NCBI RefSeq assembly: GCF_017876815.1
Contig: NZ_JAGIOS010000001.1
Location: 3,570,001-3,602,000, forward strand
Source of the DNA: Sinorhizobium meliloti
GTDB lineage: Bacteria; Pseudomonadota; Alphaproteobacteria; Rhizobiales; Rhizobiaceae
Direction: 5' to 3'
DNA length: 32,000 bases
The notes under the pieces are model-generated. The model was not told the origin of the DNA, did no database searches, and saw only the letters and a list, made by a program, of their open reading frames with translations. Made by a program: the position numbers and the translations under genes. This document shows, one piece after another, positions 1 to 10,933 of the stretch (position 1 is the stretch's first letter; each line of letters opens with the position of its first letter).

Positions 1-272
1 GTACAGTTTTCGCCAATCACCAGTTTCGTATTCAAGGCGCTGTGGTGCACACTCTGCGAATCGCCGCCGATGACGGCACCCGGAAAGAACTTCGTGCCCT
101 TGCCGACGCTCGTATGGCCGATGACCGCGACGTGACTCAGAATTTCGACGTCATCCGCAAGAACGACATTCGGCCCGATGTGGCAGAACGGGCCGATCTT
201 CACGTTTTCGCCGATTACCGCACCGTTCTCGATGGCCGAGGACGGGTGGATCTTCGCACTTGATGCTATCAT
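1..272 (-). CDS. lpxA: UDP-N-acetylglucosamine O-acyltransferase LpxA, N-terminal part only (gene runs off the left edge)
   Basis: Absent from the ORF track because it is open at the window edge. Reverse-complement translation from ATG 272-270 gives [70 protein letters not shown]..., which shows hexapeptide (left-handed beta-helix) repeats. It starts 2 nt after the fabZ stop, in the canonical lpxD-fabZ-lpxA order. Confidence 0.85.
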   Translation of the reverse strand, partial: MIASSAKIHPSSAIENGAVIGENVKIGPFCHIGPNVVLADDVEILSHVAVIGHTSVGKGTKFFPGAVIGGDSQSVHHSALNTKLVIGENC

Positions 273-274
273 TC

Positions 275-739
275 TCAGGCGTCTTCCTTGCTGACAATCA
301 TCGCGCCGATATCAGCTTCCGCGACGAGTTGCCCGTCAACTTTTGCATCGCAGTGAAATTTCCAGATATTGCCGCGCTGCTTCTGCTTCACGACATGGAA
401 CTCCACCCGGTCGCCCGGCACGACGGGTTTGCGGAACCGTGCATTGTCGATCGTCATGAAATAGACGAGATTGCTTCCGATTCCCGTCTTGCGCGCACAG
501 ATCGCGCCGGCCGTCTGCGCCATGCCTTCGATCAGAAGAACGCCCGGCATGATCGGCTTCTCGGGAAAGTGCCCGGTGAAATGCGGCTCGTTGGCCGTCA
601 CGTTCTTGATCCCGATGGCCGAATTGTCGTCATCGATCTCGATGATGCGGTCCACCAGCAGGAAGGGGTAACGATGGGGAAGAAGCCTCAGGATTTCCTG
701 TATGTCCGCCGTGCCGAGGACCGTTGCAGCCTCATTCAT
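275..739 (-). CDS. fabZ: 3-hydroxyacyl-ACP dehydratase FabZ
   Basis: Track ORF 275..859 trimmed to the internal ATG at 739. It reads [31 protein letters not shown]...[25 protein letters not shown], the FabZ hot-dog signature. The 40 upstream codons are Arg/Cys-rich and overlap lpxD. The fabZ ATG (739-737) overlaps the lpxD stop (734-732) by 8 nt. Confidence 0.95.
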
Positions 740-1796
740 CCTTGCCACCCTTCTTCTTCTGCCTCTCGCTCGACCGCAGGGCCATTTCGGCGACATCGCG
801 CAGGAAATCCCGCATCGGTCGCGCCGGAATCCCGCCATAGCGCTCGCCGGCCGGCACATCGCTCGCCACGCCGCTCATCGCGGCGATCTGCGCTCCGTCT
901 CCAATGGTGATATGCCCGTTGACCCCGACGCCTCCGCCGATCATGACGCCGTCGCCGATCTGCGTGCTGCCGGCGATACCGACCTGGCTGACGATGCCGC
1001 AGTAGCGGCCGATGCGGACGTTATGGCCGATCTGCACGAGATTGTCGATTTTCGTCCCCTCGCCGATCACGGTGTCATCCATTGTGCCGCGGTCGATCGT
1101 CGTGTTCGCACCGATCTCGACGTGATCCTGGATGATCACCCGCCCGACCTGGACGATCTTGATCATTCCGCCCTTCGGGCCCGGTGCGTAGCCGAATCCG
1201 TCCTGGCCGATGCGTGCGCCCGGATGAATGATGACGTTGTTGCCGATCAACGCACAAAGGATGCTTGCACCGGCGGAAATGGTGCAATCCCGCCCGATCC
1301 GCACGCCCTGTCCGATCATTGCTCCCGCTGCGATGCGCGTTCCGCTTCCAATCTCGGCGCCGGCTCCGATCACAGCCATCGGCTCGACCTCGACGCCCGC
1401 CTCCAGGCGCGCCGTCGGATCGACGAAGGCTTCCGGCGCTACGCCCCTCTCGCTCGTATTATACGAGGGCCGCATGGCCCTTTCGTGAAGCAGGGTGCCG
1501 GCAAGCGCGAAGGCCGTGTGCGGCTTCGATGTCAGCAGCACGGGAATAGTGTCGGGGACGAGCGACGAAATTGCTTTGTCGCAGATGATCGCGGCGGCGC
1601 GACAGGTCTGCAACTCTTCGCGATTCTTGCGCGACAGCATATAACAGATGTCGCCCGGCTTGGCGCGATAAACAGGCGCGACCGCACGCACGGTGCGGTC
1701 GGCGGCGCTTATATCCAGCAACTCCGCCCCAATCTGATTCGCGAGGTCGCCCAGACGAATCCCCTGATGGGGCGGAAAAAACCAATTCTGTTCCAT
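732..1796 (-). CDS. lpxD: UDP-3-O-acylglucosamine N-acyltransferase LpxD
   Basis: Track ORF 732..1802 (GTG). I prefer ATG at 1796, preceded by GGAG ([26 protein letters not shown]...). Long hexapeptide-repeat C-terminal half ([27 protein letters not shown]). Located between bamA and fabZ. Confidence 0.93.
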
Positions 1797-1840
1797 GGAC
1801 ACTCCAGAACGATTCTCTGGCAGTTCTGGACTGCTCTTTA

Positions 1841-4171
1841 TCAGAACGACGAGTTGATACCGAACTTGAAGTTCTGGACCTCGTCGAAGTCTTCCTTCGC
1901 AACCGGCACGGCGTAGTCCACACGCAGCGGACCGAAGGGCGAAGCCCAGATCAAGCTGACGCCGACCGAGGCGCGCAGCGAGGCATTGTCCCCGCGTACC
2001 GATTCACCAGGACCGATCTCGACGTCGTTGCCATAGAGCGTGCCCGCATCGACGAAGAGCGCGCCGCGGAAACCGCTGTCACGCGGAAGACCCGGCAGCG
2101 GGAACGTCGCTTCCGCAGACGCCGTGAAATAGGTCGTACCGCCCAGTGCGTCGCCGTTGTTCATGCGCGGGCCGAGACCGTTGCGCTCGAAGCCGCGGAT
2201 ATCGTTGCTGTTCAGCTGGAACTGGTCGAAGACTTCCAGCGAACCGGACGTCTCGAACAGATGACCGGCGCTACCGGAAAGCGAACCGATGATGTCGGCC
2301 TCGTCATGCAGCGTGTAGTACCACTTGGCTTTACCCGTCAGCTTGTAGAAGTCCGACGTGCCGCCAAGGCCGGCAAACTCCTGCGTCACCGAAGCGAGGA
2401 TGCCCTCGTGCGGCAGTTGAGCATCATCCAGCGTGTTGTAGGTGATGGACTGCGAGATGGACGAGCGCGTCCAGGGGCTGCCGTCGATTACACGGTCGTA
2501 GGGAGACGAGAGTTCGTCCCGGTCGCCGAAATATTCGAGCTCCGTGTAGTTATAGCGCAGCGTGGTCGACAGGTTCTCGGTGATCGGCGCGGTCACGCGC
2601 AGGCTGAAGCCCTGATCGTTGTAGCTGTAGTTGTCGTCGTCGAAGTCGTTTTCGTTCTTGAAGAGGTCGAAGCCTGCAGCGAGACGATAGCCGAGGAAAT
2701 AGGGCTCGGTGAACGAAACATTGTAGGTCTGGCTGTCCTCGCCCTTGCCGGCGGCAAGACGAATATACTGGCCGCGGCCCAGGAAGTTCTTTTCCTCGAT
2801 CGAAGCTTCGACGAGGAAGCCGCCGCCGTCGCCGGCGGAATAGCCGGCGCCGATGCCGAACGAACCGGTCGACTGATCCTGTACGTCGACGACGATGACT
2901 ACACGGTCAGCCGCGCTGCCCGGCTGCGTCGAGATGTTGACCGAGGAGAAATAGCCGAGCGCCTCCAGGCGGCGCTTGGCGCGAGCAACCATTTCCTGGT
3001 TGAAGGCATCGCCTTCGCCGACATCGAACTCGCGACGGATAACGTAGTCACGCGTCCGGGTGTTGCCGCGAATCTCGATGCGCTCGACATAGGCGCGCTC
3101 GCCCTGGTCCACGAGATAGTCGACGGCGATCGTGTGGTTGGCGAGATCGCGGTTGCCGCGCGGCGTGACGCGCGCAAAGGGATAACCCTCCGACGCGACG
3201 CGCTTCGAAATCTCGCTCATCGTGCTCTGAATGTCCTTGGCCTTGTACACCGTGCCTTCGCGGCTCTGAACGAGACCCCTCAGTTCCTCGGCGTCGATGC
3301 CTTCGACCGTCGACTCGATATTGACCGGACCGAAGTCGTATCGAGGACCTTCCTCGATGGTGATCGTCACCGTGTATTCGTTGGTCGCCTCATTGAGCGC
3401 CGCTTCGGACGAGACCACCTGAAAATCGGCGTAGCCGCGGTTGTAATAAAACTGCCGCAGCAATTCCTCGTCGGCCCGCAACTTATCCGGATTGTAGACG
3501 TCCTTGCGCGTGAGGAACGAGAAGATGCCCGATTCCTTGGTCGCAATCACCGACTGCAGGCGGCCGTCGCTATAGACCTCGTTGCCTACGAAGTTGATCT
3601 GCGTGATCTTCGTGCGTTCGCCTTCATTGATGACGAAGGCCAGGTTGACACGGCCTTCGGCAATCGGAACGACCTGGGTCGTCACGGTCACGTCGCTCCG
3701 GCCGATGGCGGCATAGGCGTCCCTGATGGCCTGGATGTCGGTTTCGACGGTCGCCTCGCTATAGGGACCGAGCGGCTGGGTGCGAACGACACCCTGGAGC
3801 TTGTCATCCTTGATCTTGCGGTTGCCGTTGAAGACCACCTGGTTGACGAGCTGATTCTCGCTGACGGAAACGACAAGCGATCCGCCGGAAACCGTGATGC
3901 TGACATCGGAGAAATAGCCGGTGGCATAGAGCCGCTTCACGGATGCGTCGATATCGGCATTGCTGAAGCTCTTGCCGGGAACGATCGTGATATTGGCGCG
4001 AACGGTTTCCGCGCTGACGCGCGTTGCCCCACGCACTTCAACCCGATTGATGACCGCGGCTTGCGCGACTGAGGTACCAGCAACAAGTCCTACCCCGGTA
4101 CCCGTGGCGACCATGCTTGCTGACAGAGCAAACGCCGACACCGCGTTCAAAAACCTTGAACCAGCTTTCAT
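1841..4171 (-). CDS. bamA: Outer membrane protein assembly factor BamA (Omp85)
   Basis: 776 aa with a signal peptide ([24 protein letters not shown]...AQA). POTRA-like repeats follow ([51 protein letters not shown]). The C-terminal beta-barrel ends in ...[10 protein letters not shown] (terminal aromatic). Synteny: rseP-bamA-lpxD. Confidence 0.96.
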   Translation of the reverse strand: MKAGSRFLNAVSAFALSASMVATGTGVGLVAGTSVAQAAVINRVEVRGATRVSAETVRANITIVPGKSFSNADIDASVKRLYATGYFSDVSITVSGGSLVVSVSENQLVNQVVFNGNRKIKDDKLQGVVRTQPLGPYSEATVETDIQAIRDAYAAIGRSDVTVTTQVVPIAEGRVNLAFVINEGERTKITQINFVGNEVYSDGRLQSVIATKESGIFSFLTRKDVYNPDKLRADEELLRQFYYNRGYADFQVVSSEAALNEATNEYTVTITIEEGPRYDFGPVNIESTVEGIDAEELRGLVQSREGTVYKAKDIQSTMSEISKRVASEGYPFARVTPRGNRDLANHTIAVDYLVDQGERAYVERIEIRGNTRTRDYVIRREFDVGEGDAFNQEMVARAKRRLEALGYFSSVNISTQPGSAADRVVIVVDVQDQSTGSFGIGAGYSAGDGGGFLVEASIEEKNFLGRGQYIRLAAGKGEDSQTYNVSFTEPYFLGYRLAAGFDLFKNENDFDDDNYSYNDQGFSLRVTAPITENLSTTLRYNYTELEYFGDRDELSSPYDRVIDGSPWTRSSISQSITYNTLDDAQLPHEGILASVTQEFAGLGGTSDFYKLTGKAKWYYTLHDEADIIGSLSGSAGHLFETSGSLEVFDQFQLNSNDIRGFERNGLGPRMNNGDALGGTTYFTASAEATFPLPGLPRDSGFRGALFVDAGTLYGNDVEIGPGESVRGDNASLRASVGVSLIWASPFGPLRVDYAVPVAKEDFDEVQNFKFGINSSF

Positions 4172-4419
4172 GTCAAAATCTTACCTTTTCCCAACGTCCC
4201 GCGGCAGTTTCGTGCCGACTCCGGTCACGGTTGCCGTTTTAACCGCTTTTCCCATACAAGCAAGTCAGCTCGTTAATTTCTGTTTACTTCAATTCCAACC
4301 GTGGCTTAACAGCCACTACGGCCTCTTATTATCGTAAACAAACCGTTATCGAGCAGCCGGCGAAACTCACTCGCTCCCCGAATCCTTAACGATGTCCGCT
4401 CCCGCCCAAGACTCCGCCC

Positions 4420-5550
4420 CTATCCGAAGAGCCAGTTGATATCGTTCCAGGCCGCAAAAACCGTCAGCATGAGCACCATGGCAAAGCCTATGCGGAATGC
4501 GAGATCCTGTGCGGCAGGACCGACCGGCCTGCCGCGCAACGCTTCGACCGCATAGAACATCAGATGGCCGCCATCAAGCACCGGCACGGGCATTAGGTTG
4601 AGCAATCCAATGGAAACCGAAAGCACGGCCGCGAAATTCAGCACCTCGGCAATGCCGAGCTTCGCCATCTGACCGGACATCTGGGCGATACGGATCGGCC
4701 CGCCGACCTGATCGGCGCTCATCCGGCCGACAAAGAGATTCGAAAGATAGTCGAGCGTGCCCGTTACGATCCGCCAGCTCTGCAGTGCCCCTTGCCCCAC
4801 CGCTTCGAGAGGTCCGTAGGTCTCGACCCGGAAATTGCCGGCCTCCTGGTTCGTTCCGATGCCGATCTTGCCCTCTTCCATCTTGTTGCCGAGCGGGTCG
4901 ACGGATTCGGTGCGTTGGGGCACCATCGGCAGGTCGATCGCAGCGCCCTCGCGCTCGATCCGAACGGTGATCGGCAGCTCGGGACGGACGCTAACATAGC
5001 GGCGCACGTCGTCGAAGGTGGCGATCGGCTTTCCGTCGATCGAAAGCAGCCGGTCTCCCGGCAGAACACCCGCCTTTTCCGCGGCACTGTCCGGCGCCAC
5101 GAAAGCGACGACAGGATCGGCGACGGCACGGCCGTAAATGGAAAAGAGGACTGCGAAGATCGCAATCGCCAGAAGAAAATTCGCGATGGGACCGGCCGCG
5201 ACCGTCGCCGCGCGTTTCCATAGCTTTGCGCCCAGGAATGTACGGCCCCGTTCTTCCGGCGCGATCGTCTCCAGCCGCCGGTAGTCGGGCGTGCTCGCCG
5301 CATCCTCGTCGCCGAAGAACTTCACGTAGCCGCCAAGCGGGACCGCGCAGAATTTCCAGCGGGTGCCGTGGCGATCGGTCCAGCCGAAGAGCTCGGGTCC
5401 GAAGCCGACGGAAAAGGCCAGGATGCGGATTCCCGACCAGCGCCCCACCAGGTAATGTCCCATCTCGTGAACGAAGACCAGCAACGTCAGGAGGAACAGG
5501 AAGGTGGGGATCGTGTACTGGAGATTGTCAAGCAGTAGGCTCATAGTCAT
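4420..5550 (-). CDS. rseP: RIP zinc metalloprotease RseP (site-2 protease, M50 family)
   Basis: Track ORF 4420..5760 trimmed to MTMSLLLDNLQYTIPTFLFLLTLLVFVHEMGHYLVGR. It has the HEMGH zinc motif in TM1, a PDZ-like middle (AAEKAGVLPGDRLLSIDGKPI) and a C-terminal LNLMPVPVLDGGH motif. The upstream extension overlaps the cdsA 3' end. Confidence 0.92.
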   Translation of the reverse strand: MTMSLLLDNLQYTIPTFLFLLTLLVFVHEMGHYLVGRWSGIRILAFSVGFGPELFGWTDRHGTRWKFCAVPLGGYVKFFGDEDAASTPDYRRLETIAPEERGRTFLGAKLWKRAATVAAGPIANFLLAIAIFAVLFSIYGRAVADPVVAFVAPDSAAEKAGVLPGDRLLSIDGKPIATFDDVRRYVSVRPELPITVRIEREGAAIDLPMVPQRTESVDPLGNKMEEGKIGIGTNQEAGNFRVETYGPLEAVGQGALQSWRIVTGTLDYLSNLFVGRMSADQVGGPIRIAQMSGQMAKLGIAEVLNFAAVLSVSIGLLNLMPVPVLDGGHLMFYAVEALRGRPVGPAAQDLAFRIGFAMVLMLTVFAAWNDINWLFG

Positions 5551-5674
5551 TCCTAACGCGTCCGCTGCCACGTCCGCCAGTTCAAATTGCAAGGTCGGGG
5601 CCGTGCCGCCATAGTTCGCACCGCCGCATGATAGTCCCGCTTCGAGCCCGATATAAGGACTACACCGGCAGTCT

Positions 5675-6508
5675 TCAAAGACCCAGCAGAATCGCGCCGA
5701 AGGCGACTTCCCGGCCGCCCGCCAGCAGGAATTGCCCAAGCACCAGAGCCAGTGCGGCAATGCAGGCGAATATCAGCCCGTCCACCCGGTCCATGACGCC
5801 GCCGTGGCCCGGGATCAGTCTGCTCGAATCCTTGACGCCGAAGCGGCGCTTGACGAAGGACTCGAACAGATCGCCTATCTGGCTTGCGACGGACAGGACC
5901 AGCGCGATGACGGGGATGCGCAGGTCCTCGAGCGAAAAGTGAGCCATGAAAACGGTGACACCCGCAAGAACGCCGAAAATCGCGCCGCCGATCGCGCCCG
6001 ACCAGGTCTTGCCCGGCGAGATTGCCGGCGCCAGCTTCGGCCCGCCGATCGCCCGCCCCGTGAAGTAGGCGAAAATATCCGTTGCCCATACGACGGCGAA
6101 CACGAAAAGCATCGCCATCAGCCCGAGATAGTCCGCTCCGCGGATCGCCGCGAGCGAAATGCTCGTCAGGCCCGCATAGACGATCCCGCCCGGCAGCCAC
6201 CAGCTGGTTCCCTTTATCAGTACCCAAAGCGCTGCCGCGAGCACACAGAGGGCAAGTCCCGGCAGGCTGATATGCATATAGTCGAGGAGGACGAGGCCGG
6301 CGATCACCACCTGCGCCAGCCAGCCGAGAGCATTGCCCTGAAAGTCCCGCTCGGGGAGCTTGGTGATGGTGGACCACTCGTAATAGACGAGCAGGCCGAT
6401 CGCGACGGAGAGAAGCTGGAAGGCGAAGCCGCCGATCCAGGTTGCAGCAAGAACCACCGCAGCCAGAACCAACCCGGAGGCAATACGAAGTTTGAGTTCG
6501 GCCTGCAT
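5675..6508 (-). CDS. cdsA: Phosphatidate cytidylyltransferase CdsA
   Basis: Track ORF 5675..6658 trimmed to [24 protein letters not shown]..., giving 277 aa. Polytopic membrane protein with the C-terminal signature SQIGDLFESFVKRRFGVKDSSRLIPGHGGVMDRVD. Its ATG (6508-6506) overlaps the uppS TGA (6510-6508) as ATGA, suggesting translational coupling. Confidence 0.92.
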   Translation of the reverse strand: MQAELKLRIASGLVLAAVVLAATWIGGFAFQLLSVAIGLLVYYEWSTITKLPERDFQGNALGWLAQVVIAGLVLLDYMHISLPGLALCVLAAALWVLIKGTSWWLPGGIVYAGLTSISLAAIRGADYLGLMAMLFVFAVVWATDIFAYFTGRAIGGPKLAPAISPGKTWSGAIGGAIFGVLAGVTVFMAHFSLEDLRIPVIALVLSVASQIGDLFESFVKRRFGVKDSSRLIPGHGGVMDRVDGLIFACIAALALVLGQFLLAGGREVAFGAILLGL

Positions 6509-7266
6509 CAGGAGCCGACCGCCAGAGTCGGTTGGGTCAGTCCGCCGAATCGGCGCTCGCGGCAGGCATATTGTTCGATCGCCGCAAAGAATGTCTCGCG
6601 CGTGAAATCCGGCCAGAGGTCCGGAATGAACAGCAATTCGGAGTAGGCCCCCTGCCAAAGGAGAAAGTTGGAGAGACGCTCCTCGCCGCTCGTCCGGATG
6701 ATGAGATCGGGATCGGGAATGCCCGCCGTATCGATCGTCGAGGATATCCGTTCCGCGGTAATCTCTTCCGGCCGCAGACGACCGGCAGCCACGTCCCCCG
6801 CCAGGCGGCGCATGGCTCTCGCCAGCTCGTCTCTGGCACCGTAATTGAACGCGATGACCACCGTGATGCCGGTGTTTGCGATCGTCGTCTCCTCCGCTTC
6901 GATGAGCAGAGGCAGGATATCGCCGCTCAGGTTCGAACGGTCGCCGATGACCCGGATGCGGACGTTCTCACGGTGGAGATCGGCGAGATCCCGTCGGATG
7001 AAAGCCTTGAGCAGGCCCATGAGGTCGCTGACCTCGTTTTCCGGCCGGTTCCAGTTCTCCGACGAGAATGCGAACAGCGTCAGGTAACGGATGCCGATCT
7101 CCGCCGCCGTCCTTACCGCCCCGCGGACCGCCTCTACGCCCTTGCGGTGGCCCATGGTACGGGGCAGTCCACGCGCATTCGCCCAACGACCGTTGCCGTC
7201 CATGATGATGGCGACGTGAGCCGGTACGTTAGCGGGATTGAATTCTTGCATGGGTTGTCCGGACAA
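6508..7266 (-). CDS. uppS: Undecaprenyl diphosphate synthase (isoprenyl transferase) UppS
   Basis: [27 protein letters not shown] and FSSENWNRP motifs, plus a C-terminal RERRFGG. The start is TTG at 7266, preceded by AGGTGAG. An alternative ATG lies at 7251. Confidence 0.9.
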   Translation of the reverse strand: MSGQPMQEFNPANVPAHVAIIMDGNGRWANARGLPRTMGHRKGVEAVRGAVRTAAEIGIRYLTLFAFSSENWNRPENEVSDLMGLLKAFIRRDLADLHRENVRIRVIGDRSNLSGDILPLLIEAEETTIANTGITVVIAFNYGARDELARAMRRLAGDVAAGRLRPEEITAERISSTIDTAGIPDPDLIIRTSGEERLSNFLLWQGAYSELLFIPDLWPDFTRETFFAAIEQYACRERRFGGLTQPTLAVGS

Positions 7267-7287
7267 AGAGACTCACCTATCCGCAGG

Positions 7288-7848
7288 TCAGACCTGCATG
7301 ATTTCCTTTTCCTTCTCCGCGAGCAAGCGGTCGATTTCGGAAATTACGTCATCGGTCATTTTTTGGACCCGCTCGGACTGAGCACGGCTCTCGTCCTGGC
7401 CGATCTCGCCGTCCTTTTCGGCTTTTTTCAGGTCGTCCATACCGTCACGGCGAACGTGGCGGACGGCAACCTTGCTTTTTTCGGCATAGTCGTGCGCGAC
7501 CTTGACCAGCGATTTGCGGCGCTCCTCGTTCAGTTCCGGCAGCGGAATGCGCAGGTTCTGCCCGTCGACGATCGGGTTGAGCCCCAGATTGGACTCCCGG
7601 ATCGCCCGCTCCACGGCACCGACCATGGACTTGTCCCACACCGAAACCGAAAGCATCCGCGACTCCGGGACCGTGATGTTTGCCACCTGGTTCAGCGGCA
7701 TGCGCGAACCGTAGGCTTCGACGGTCACCGGATCGAGTACGTTCGCCGAAGCGCGACCGGTCCGCAGCGACGCGATGTCGTGCTTGAAAGCAGCGATCGC
7801 CCCGTCCATCCGACGCTTGAGTTCCTTCAGATCCACACCTTCACTCAT
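7288..7848 (-). CDS. frr: Ribosome recycling factor
   Basis: 186 aa: [62 protein letters not shown]...NLGLNP...[18 protein letters not shown]. Textbook Frr. Synteny pyrH-frr-uppS. Confidence 0.97.
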   Translation of the reverse strand: MSEGVDLKELKRRMDGAIAAFKHDIASLRTGRASANVLDPVTVEAYGSRMPLNQVANITVPESRMLSVSVWDKSMVGAVERAIRESNLGLNPIVDGQNLRIPLPELNEERRKSLVKVAHDYAEKSKVAVRHVRRDGMDDLKKAEKDGEIGQDESRAQSERVQKMTDDVISEIDRLLAEKEKEIMQV

Positions 7849-7899
7849 GGTTCAAGACTCCCGTTCCTATCAGCGGCCCTTGCGGGCCCCAGCAGCTTG

Positions 7900-8622
7900 T
7901 CAATTATCGGTCACGATGGTGGCACGGCCGCCACCCGTCAATATCTCCGTGAAGCCGCCCTTCTCGTGGATGGAGAAGACGACGATCGGAATGGCATTCT
8001 CCCGCGCAAGCGCCACGGCGGCAACATCCATAACCGCGAGGCCCTTTTCGAGAATCTCGCTATGGGTCAGGCGGTCGAAACGGGTGGCCGAGGGGTCCTT
8101 CTTCGGATCCGCGGAATAGATGCCGTCGACCTGTGTTCCCTTGAAGATCGCCTCGGCGCCCATCTCCGCCGCACGAAGCGCCGCAGCCGAATCCGTCGTG
8201 AAGAACGGATTGCCCGTGCCGCCGGCGAAGATCACGACACGGCCGAGCGAAAGATGATAGAGCGTCGCGCGCTGCGAGAAACTCTCGCAGATTTCCGGCA
8301 TGGCGATGGCCGACAGGACGACGGTGTCGATATCGAGCTTGCGCAGCGACGTTGCCAGCGCAAGCGCGTTGATGACCGTCGCCAGCATTCCCATGTGGTC
8401 GCCGGTTACGCGGTCGCCGCCCTTGGACGCGACAGCGACACCGCGGAAGATGTTGCCGCCGCCGACGACGACGCCGACTTCGACACCCATCGCTCTCGCT
8501 TCCGCGATATCGGAGGCAATTCGGTCGGCTACGGCAACATCGATGCCGAACCCCTGGCTTCCCATAAGCGCTTCACCGGAGGCCTTGAGAAGAACGCGCT
8601 TGTAGATTGGCTTGGCCGACAT
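7900..8622 (-). CDS. pyrH: UMP kinase PyrH
   Basis: Track ORF 7900..8706 trimmed to MSAKPIYKRVLLKASGEALMGSQGFGID (ATG 8622, preceded by AGGAG), giving 240 aa. Contains GGGNIFRG and IFAGGTGNPFFTTDSAAALRA motifs. Confidence 0.95.
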   Translation of the reverse strand: MSAKPIYKRVLLKASGEALMGSQGFGIDVAVADRIASDIAEARAMGVEVGVVVGGGNIFRGVAVASKGGDRVTGDHMGMLATVINALALATSLRKLDIDTVVLSAIAMPEICESFSQRATLYHLSLGRVVIFAGGTGNPFFTTDSAAALRAAEMGAEAIFKGTQVDGIYSADPKKDPSATRFDRLTHSEILEKGLAVMDVAAVALARENAIPIVVFSIHEKGGFTEILTGGGRATIVTDN

Positions 8623-8805
8623 TGTCACTCCTGAAATAGATCGGCGCGCGTGTGCAGGCATCTGGCGCACACCGGCGTAAAGGCAAAATCCGCTGCGTGG
8701 TATCAACCGCTCCGGCGGGTCCTACGCATCGACTGGAGCCGGATACACGAAGGGCACCGCGTTGTCACGCGATGCCCCCCCGTTTTCCCATTCGGGGTGA
8801 AGAAA

Positions 8806-9729
8806 TCAACCCTTCGCGGCGGCTGCCACTTCAGCCGCGAAATCGCTCTCTTCCTTTTCGACGCCTTCGCCGAGCAGGAGACGAGCAATGCCGGCAACTT
8901 CGATCGGCGCGCCGACGGACTTTTCCGCTTCCTTGATCGCGGCTTCCACCGTCTGGTCAGGGTTCATGACGAAAGCCTGCGACAGAAGGGCGACCTCCTC
9001 GAAGAACTTGCGCATGCGGCCATCGACCATCTTTTCGATGATGTTGTCCGGCTTGCCGGAAGCGCGCGACTGCTCGATGAAGACGTTGCGCTCGCGCTCG
9101 GCGACCGCCGGGTCGATTTCGCTCGAACGGACGGCGAGCGGGTTGGTCGCGGCGACGTGCATGGCAACCTGCCGGCCGATCGCGTTCAGAGCTTCCTTGT
9201 CGCCGGTCGACTTCAACGCGACGAGCACGCCGAGCTTGCCGATACCTTCGCCTGCGGCATTGTGCACATAGGTCGCGACGACGCCGTCCTCGACCTCGAG
9301 CAGTGCCGAGCGGCGCAGCGTCATGTTCTCGCCGATCGTGGCAATGGCGTCCTTAATCGTGTCTTCAACGGACTTGCCTGTCGCCGGATAGGTCGCCTTG
9401 GAAACGGCTGCAACGCTGCCGTCGGTGCCAAGCGCGACGTTGGCGACGCCGCGGACGAGCTCCTGGAAGGCATCGTTGCGGGCAACGAAGTCGGTTTCCG
9501 AATTGATTTCGACGACGACGGCCTTGGTGCCGGAGCTGGCAATGCCGATGAGGCCTTCGGCAGCAGTGCGGCCGGACTTCTTGTCAGCCTTGGCGATGCC
9601 CTTGGCGCGCAGCCAGTCGATGGCGGCTTCCATGTCGCCATTGGTCTCGGCAAGCGCCTTCTTGCAGTCCATCATGCCTGCGCCGGTCTTTTCGCGCAGC
9701 TCCTTCACCATTGCGGCGGTAACAGTCAT
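8806..9729 (-). CDS. tsf: Translation elongation factor Ts
   Basis: Track ORF 8806..9945 trimmed to [44 protein letters not shown] (UBA-like N-terminus of EF-Ts), giving 307 aa. AAGAGG Shine-Dalgarno upstream of ATG 9729. Confidence 0.97.
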   Translation of the reverse strand: MTVTAAMVKELREKTGAGMMDCKKALAETNGDMEAAIDWLRAKGIAKADKKSGRTAAEGLIGIASSGTKAVVVEINSETDFVARNDAFQELVRGVANVALGTDGSVAAVSKATYPATGKSVEDTIKDAIATIGENMTLRRSALLEVEDGVVATYVHNAAGEGIGKLGVLVALKSTGDKEALNAIGRQVAMHVAATNPLAVRSSEIDPAVAERERNVFIEQSRASGKPDNIIEKMVDGRMRKFFEEVALLSQAFVMNPDQTVEAAIKEAEKSVGAPIEVAGIARLLLGEGVEKEESDFAAEVAAAAKG

Positions 9730-9887
9730 CTTTGTGCCTCTTGTCTGTTTGCTGGCGCGCCGACCGGGATTGGCGCAGTGCCAGAAGGGTTTGGCAGGAA
9801 ATGGCCTTTCTGTGTGACATCGTGATGAAGCCACTTTAGCGATGTTCGCTGCCCACCGCGCGCGATCGGCCGGGCCATTTCCGGCTG

Positions 9888-9929
9888 ATAAAGAACAAGG
9901 CCGTTCAGATTCTACATCACAAACGGCCT
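9888..9929 (-). terminator. Attenuator/terminator-like hairpin in the rpsB-tsf spacer
   Basis: Minus-strand transcript reads AGGCCGUU-(16-nt loop)-AACGGCCU followed by UGUUCUUUAU. It sits 52 nt after the rpsB stop and about 160 nt before the tsf start. E. coli rpsB-tsf also has an internal attenuator. Confidence 0.5.
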
Positions 9930-9980
9930 CGTCCCGATATTTCATGCGTACGGCAGCGCTTCGTCTGCCGGTCGGGCCGA

Positions 9981-10748
9981 TCAGGCTTCGGACGCTTCCT
10001 CGAGAGCCGGCTCGACCGGAACCTCTTCGGATGCGCCGAGATCGCGGCCAGAGGCGCCCTGCTGACGGGCAATACCGTCAATGGCGGCGCGGGCGATGAG
10101 ATCGCAGTAAAGGGCGATAGCGCGCGATGCGTCGTCGTTGCCCGGGATCGCGTAATCGATCTGGTCCGGATCGCAATTGGAGTCGATGACGGCAACCACC
10201 GGAATGCCAAGACGCTTGGCTTCGTCGATGGCGATCGATTCCTTGTTGGTGTCGATGATGAACATCAGATCCGGGGTACCGCCCATATCGCGGATGCCGC
10301 CGAGTGCGCGGTTGAGCTTCTCGCGCTCGCGCTCGAGGTTCAGGCGCTCCTTCTTCGTGAAGCCGGAAGCTTCCGAAGCCAAGATCTCATCGAGCTTGCG
10401 CAGGCGCTGGATCGAGTTGGAGATCGTCTTCCAGTTCGTCATCATGCCGCCGAGCCAGCGGGCATTGACGTAGTACTGGGCGGAACGCTTCGCTGCGTCC
10501 GCGATGATCTCGGAAGCCTGGCGCTTGGTGCCGACGAAAAGCACGCGGCCGCCGCTGGCGACGGTGTCGCTGACGACCTGAAGGGCGCGCGACAGCATCG
10601 GAACGGTCTGGGCGAGATCGATGATGTGAACGTTGTTACGGTCGCCGAAGATGTACGGCTTCATCTTCGGGTTCCAGCGGTGTGTCTGGTGGCCGAAGTG
10701 CACGCCCGCCTCGAGAAGCTGGCGCATAGTGAAATCAGGCAATGCCAT
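9981..10748 (-). CDS. rpsB: 30S ribosomal protein S2
   Basis: Track ORF 9981..10847 trimmed to [45 protein letters not shown], giving 255 aa. AAGGAG upstream of ATG 10748. Confidence 0.97.
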   Translation of the reverse strand: MALPDFTMRQLLEAGVHFGHQTHRWNPKMKPYIFGDRNNVHIIDLAQTVPMLSRALQVVSDTVASGGRVLFVGTKRQASEIIADAAKRSAQYYVNARWLGGMMTNWKTISNSIQRLRKLDEILASEASGFTKKERLNLEREREKLNRALGGIRDMGGTPDLMFIIDTNKESIAIDEAKRLGIPVVAVIDSNCDPDQIDYAIPGNDDASRAIALYCDLIARAAIDGIARQQGASGRDLGASEEVPVEPALEEASEA

Positions 10749-10933
10749 GCCTTTGTCTCCTTTTCCGGTTGAACCTCCGCAAGGCGTCGAGCGCACCGCA
10801 ATGCGCCCACCGGCGGAACGATCCGGATTTCTCCCGGAAAATCCCATGCCTTACGTGTGGAATGGCCAGCCCCTTAGCGGCAACCGCCCGAGAAATCAAG
10901 CCTTGATGTCGTTTTGGAGTCGTTTGCCGGCGC

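Noticed and set aside
2261-4072. 603-aa plus-strand ORF
   Set aside because: Antisense shadow of bamA. Composition-biased (V/A/R/D/G runs such as [18 protein letters not shown]). No motifs.
6532-8634. 700-aa plus-strand ORF
   Set aside because: Antisense shadow spanning uppS, frr and pyrH, three independently well-supported minus-strand genes. It crosses their intergenic gaps, which real genes would not do.
275-10847. N-terminal extensions of the longest-ORF models (fabZ, rseP, cdsA, pyrH, tsf, rpsB; likewise azlD, phasin, metC, aapJ, fpr, DUF934 and DUF3126 further right)
   Set aside because: In every case the extension is Arg/Cys/Pro-rich, overlaps the upstream gene or spacer and lacks a Shine-Dalgarno sequence. 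An internal ATG/GTG/TTG preceded by a GGAG-like motif gives the canonical family N-terminus and length.
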